This document shows, piece after piece, positions 35,960 to 39,327 of a stretch of 39,327 nt of DNA. The notes beneath the pieces are model-generated. The model saw nothing but the letters and a program-made list of their open reading frames with translations, ran no database searches and was not told the DNA's origin. The DNA is from Octopus bimaculoides (Eukaryota): contig NC_068981.1 of NCBI RefSeq assembly GCF_001194135.2, forward strand, positions 167,369,741 through 167,409,067. Direction: 5' to 3'. Positions within the stretch are counted from its first letter, which is position 1. Every line of letters starts with the position of its first letter. The translations under genes were made by a program, and so were the position numbers.

Positions 35960-36570
35960 TTCTCTCCCTCTCCTTACCTTTTTCTCCTCTTCCTCCTCTT
36001 CTTCCTCTTCCTCTTCCTCTTCCTCTTCTTCCACTTCCACTTCCTCTTCCTCTACTTCCTCTTCTTCCACTTCCACTTCCTCCTCCACTTCCTCCTCTAC
36101 TTCCTCTTCCTCTTCCTCCTCTTCTTCCTCTTCCTCTTCCTCTTCTTCCACTTCCACTTCCTCCTCCACTTCCTCCTCTACTTCCTCCTCCACTTCCTCC
36201 TCCTCCTCCACTTCCTCCCCCACTTCCCCCTCCTCCTCTTCCTCCTCCTCTTCCTCCTCCTCTTCCTCCTCCTCTTCCCCCTCCTCNNNNNNNNNNNNNN
36301 NNNNNNNNNNNNNNNNNNNNNNNNNNNNNNNNNNNNNNNNNNNNNNNNNNNNNNNNNNNNNNNNNNNNNNNNNNNNNNNNNNNNNNNNNNNNNNNNNNNN
36401 NNNNNNNNNNNNNNNNNNNNNNNNNNNNNNNNNNNNNNNNNNNNNNNNNNNNNNNNNNNNNNNNNNNNNNNNNNNNNNNNNNNNNNNNNNNNNNNNNNNN
36501 NNNNNNNNNNNNNNNNNNNNNNNNNNNNNNNNNNNNNNNNNCTCCTCCTCCTCCTCCTCCTCCTCCTAAT
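35960..36570. repeat. (CTTCCT/CTTCCA/CTC)n polypyrimidine microsatellite with N gap
   Basis: Directly visible; source of the poly-S/E/G/FL ORFs. Confidence 0.92.
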
Positions 36571-36651
36571 TTTCGTCTCCTCCCCCTCAACTTTCTGTCC
36601 TCATCTTTACCTTTCACTCCTCCACCTCATTACCTTTTCTCTCCCTCCTCC

Positions 36652-36960
36652 CCTTACCTTTCTCTTTCTCTCTTCCTCTTCCTCCTTACCTTTCTCTCCT
36701 CCTCTCATCCTTACCGCTCTCCTCTCCTTCTACACCTCTATACTCTAAATCCTTACCGTTCTCTCCTCTTTCACATTATCTTTCTCTCCCCTTCCTTACC
36801 TTTCTCTCCTCCTTCTCCTTACCTTTCTCTCCTCCACCTCCTTACCTTTCTCTCCTCCTCCTTACCTTTCTCTCCTTCTCCTTACCTTTCTCTCCTCCTC
36901 CTTACCTTTCTCTCCTCCTCCTTACCTTTCTCTCCTCCCCTCCTCCTTACATTTTTCTCC
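36652..36960. repeat. ~20-bp polypyrimidine minisatellite (ccttacctttctctcctcct)n
   Basis: Eleven CCTTACC cores; regular 20-23 bp spacing from 36794. Confidence 0.9.
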
Positions 36961-37192
36961 TCCTCTCTTTTCTATCCATCCCATTCTTGTATCGCAGTAA
37001 AAACTTTCATACAACTCTTTCTTCTATGTCTCTCTATACTCTCTCGCCTCGTAATGTCACCTTCCAAACAGCTCTCTTCCTCTTTCCGTTCTTTTCTCTG
37101 TTTTTCTATATTTTCTTGATTTTAACATCATCTACCACACATCGTTCCCTCTTATGTTCTATCATTTCACGCCGCTCATTATCACCTTTCTA

Positions 37193-37261
37193 TCCTCTCT
37201 CTCTCTGACTGTTCCTCTCTCTCTCTGACTGTTCCTCTCTCTCTCTGACTGTTCCTCTCTC
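37193..37261 (+). repeat. 20-bp tandem repeat (tcctctctctctctgactgt) x3.4
   Basis: Three exact units plus a partial one. Confidence 0.9.
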
Positions 37262-37622
37262 CCTTCCCTTGATTCAGTATCAACTTATATATCTCCTCTC
37301 TCTCTCCCCCTCTCGTCACACAGTCAGCTTCATTTTGGCGTCTAGCCTTTTTGTCTCTAGCAAAAATACTTTATTTCATTTTAGCGCATTTTACCTAATC
37401 TGTTTAGGCTAACATGTTAAAAGATCATCTGGGAATATTACTGGAATATCTGGTGTTTGATCAGGGAGGAGATTTATATCTCATATTTACTTACCGCTAT
37501 GAAAAACAAACTGAACTGGGCACCAGGTTTTTGAAAAGACTCCTGGGACAAAGGAGGCGTTTATATGCATACAAACACACACTCACACAAACACACAAGC
37601 ATACATACATTACACATATATA

Positions 37623-37855
37623 CAGCAATCTCTCGCCATCTCGCGGTTCACCTATCGCGGTTCACCTATCGTGGTTCACCAATTGCGGTTCATTATTTAA
37701 GCTCACGACATTTCCTCTCTAGTGATGTTTTGCATTTGCAATAAAATGAATATATACAATTTATAAAAAAAAAGATTCAGTACAGTTTCTACGCAAATTT
37801 TCACTTATCGCGGGATTTTTGGAACGTAACACCCGCGATAGTCGAGGGATTACTG
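37623..37855. mobile_element. Tc1/mariner-superfamily (pogo/Tigger-like) MITE
   Basis: TIRs CAGCAATCTCTCG..TCGCGG and CCGCGA..CGAGGGATTACTG; TA at 37621-37622 and 37856-37857; internal tandem tcgcggttcaccta. Confidence 0.85.
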
Positions 37856-37934
37856 TATATGCATACATTCATTCATACATACGTACACATACATGTATAC
37901 TTACACACACATATTCACACATATAGTGAGAGTA

Positions 37935-38234
37935 GTAGGGGCACTCCGTCAGTTACGACGATGAGGGTCCCAGCTGCTACGATCAACAGAACAGCTTGCT
38001 CGTGAAATTAGCGTGCAAGTGGCTGAGCACTCCACAGACACGTGTATCCTTAACGTAGTTCTCAGGGAGATTCAGCGTGACACAGTGTGTGACAAGGCTG
38101 GCCATTTGAAATATAGGTACTACTCATTTTTGCCAGCTGAGTGGACTGGAGCAACGTGAAATAAAATGTCACCGGGAATTGAACTCACGACCTTACGATG
38201 ATGAGCCGAATGCCCTAACCACTAAGCCACGCGC
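37935..38234 (-). mobile_element. Type C SINE
   Basis: Minus-strand head gcgcgtggcttagtggttagggc..gagttcaattccc; central domain shared with 15742-15990. Confidence 0.9.
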
Positions 38235-38326
38235 ATTCACACATACACACATATATATGATATATAGATTATTGCCACGAGACATACATTTCAAAGATTG
38301 GCTAAAGAACTTTACATATACTTAAT

Positions 38327-38468
38327 ATTGGTTTTAAATTCTGGCACAAAGCTAGCGGTTTCGGGGGAGGGGCTAAGTCGATTACATCGACCCCAGTGTT
38401 CAAATGGTACTTATTTTATCGATCCCGAAAGGATGAAAGGCAAGGTCGACGTCGGCGGAATTTGAACG
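38327..38468 (-). mobile_element. Type B SINE lacking its 5' part
   Basis: aagtcgattacatcgaccccagtg..ggtacttattttatcgatcccgaaaggatgaaaggcaaggtcgac..ggcggaatttgaac. Confidence 0.85.
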
Positions 38469-38906
38469 TCTACTTAATATTTACCGTAGAAACCGACGAT
38501 GTTCTACACCTCTACACTCTAAATCCAAAAGAATTTGATGAGAAAGTTTCTTTTTTTTCTTATATGACCCTTCTACGTGCCACACCTGCGGTCCTATATA
38601 ATGGAAACTGTATTCATTCGCACTTTCTCGTTCATAAATAAACATTTATACTCCGTTGGTCCGTTGGGCTCTATCAGTTTTCTATCCCACAAATGGACAT
38701 AATTTACATGTGCGCCTCAATTATCAATTCATAGAGTCCGAGTTATAACATAATAGTGAGCTCTAATATTCGTTTCTCAGTCAGCTTTATACGTGTGTAT
38801 ACCTCTTTCATGTCGATGCCACTTGATGCATTAGTAATGACACCATTTACATGAACGGATATTTACACCGGGATGTATCATGGTAAGCGTCTTGAGAATA
38901 GCTTTT

Positions 38907-38995
38907 ATCCATCCATCCATCCGTCCGTCCATCCATCCATCCATCCATCCATCCATCCATCCATCCATCCATTACCCTTTCTTTCTTTCTTTTTT

Positions 38996-39047
<52 letters not shown>

Positions 39048-39131
39048 TGTATGTGCGTGTGTCTATACATACATACATGTATGTATGTATGTATGTATGT
39101 ATGTATGTATGTATGTATGTATGTATGCATG

Positions 39132-39184
<53 letters not shown>

Positions 39185-39327
39185 GTCTGTCTGTCTGTCT
39201 GTCTGTGTGCCTGTGTGTGTGTCTACCTGCCTGTCTGTCTGTCTACCTCTCTCTTTCTCTCTCTCACTTTCTATACTTCACTCTCTCCCTCTTTCTCTCT
39301 TTCTCTCTCTCTCTCTCTATACATACA
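38907..39327. repeat. Compound microsatellite (ATCC)(TTTC)(ATGT)(ATCT)(GTCT)(CT)
   Basis: Directly visible. Confidence 0.95.

Noticed and set aside
36794-37261. Regular 20-bp repeats as a CRISPR-like array
   Set aside because: No unique spacers, eukaryotic context and no cas genes; these are simple minisatellites.
742-39327. Most ORFs in the supplied track (ER/RE, YI/IY, HT/CV, MYVC, LS, poly-S/E/G and X-containing)
   Set aside because: They are translations of microsatellites, N gaps or SINEs, with no splice or homology support.

Overview
AT-rich, microsatellite-dense eukaryotic genomic DNA with ten N gaps, all next to simple repeats. The SINE types and repeat landscape look like a coleoid cephalopod (Octopus); this is my recollection of those families, not a database result. 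Most of the window is intronic or intergenic. It holds at least 15 tRNA-derived SINE copies of three types, two Penelope-like element (PLE) remnants that each end in a minimal hammerhead-ribozyme motif, two TA-flanked MITE-like elements, a LINE 3' fragment and a decayed, possibly hAT-type ORF. Nearly all ORFs in the supplied track are microsatellite translations. I could assemble one phase-consistent four-exon plus-strand model (13294-26733) for an 89-aa protein I do not recognise, and there is a cluster of strong minus-strand splice sites at about 27.8-31.1 kb. I found no rRNA, true tRNA, CRISPR array or recognisable conserved miRNA. All coordinates were read by eye; repeat boundaries are approximate.
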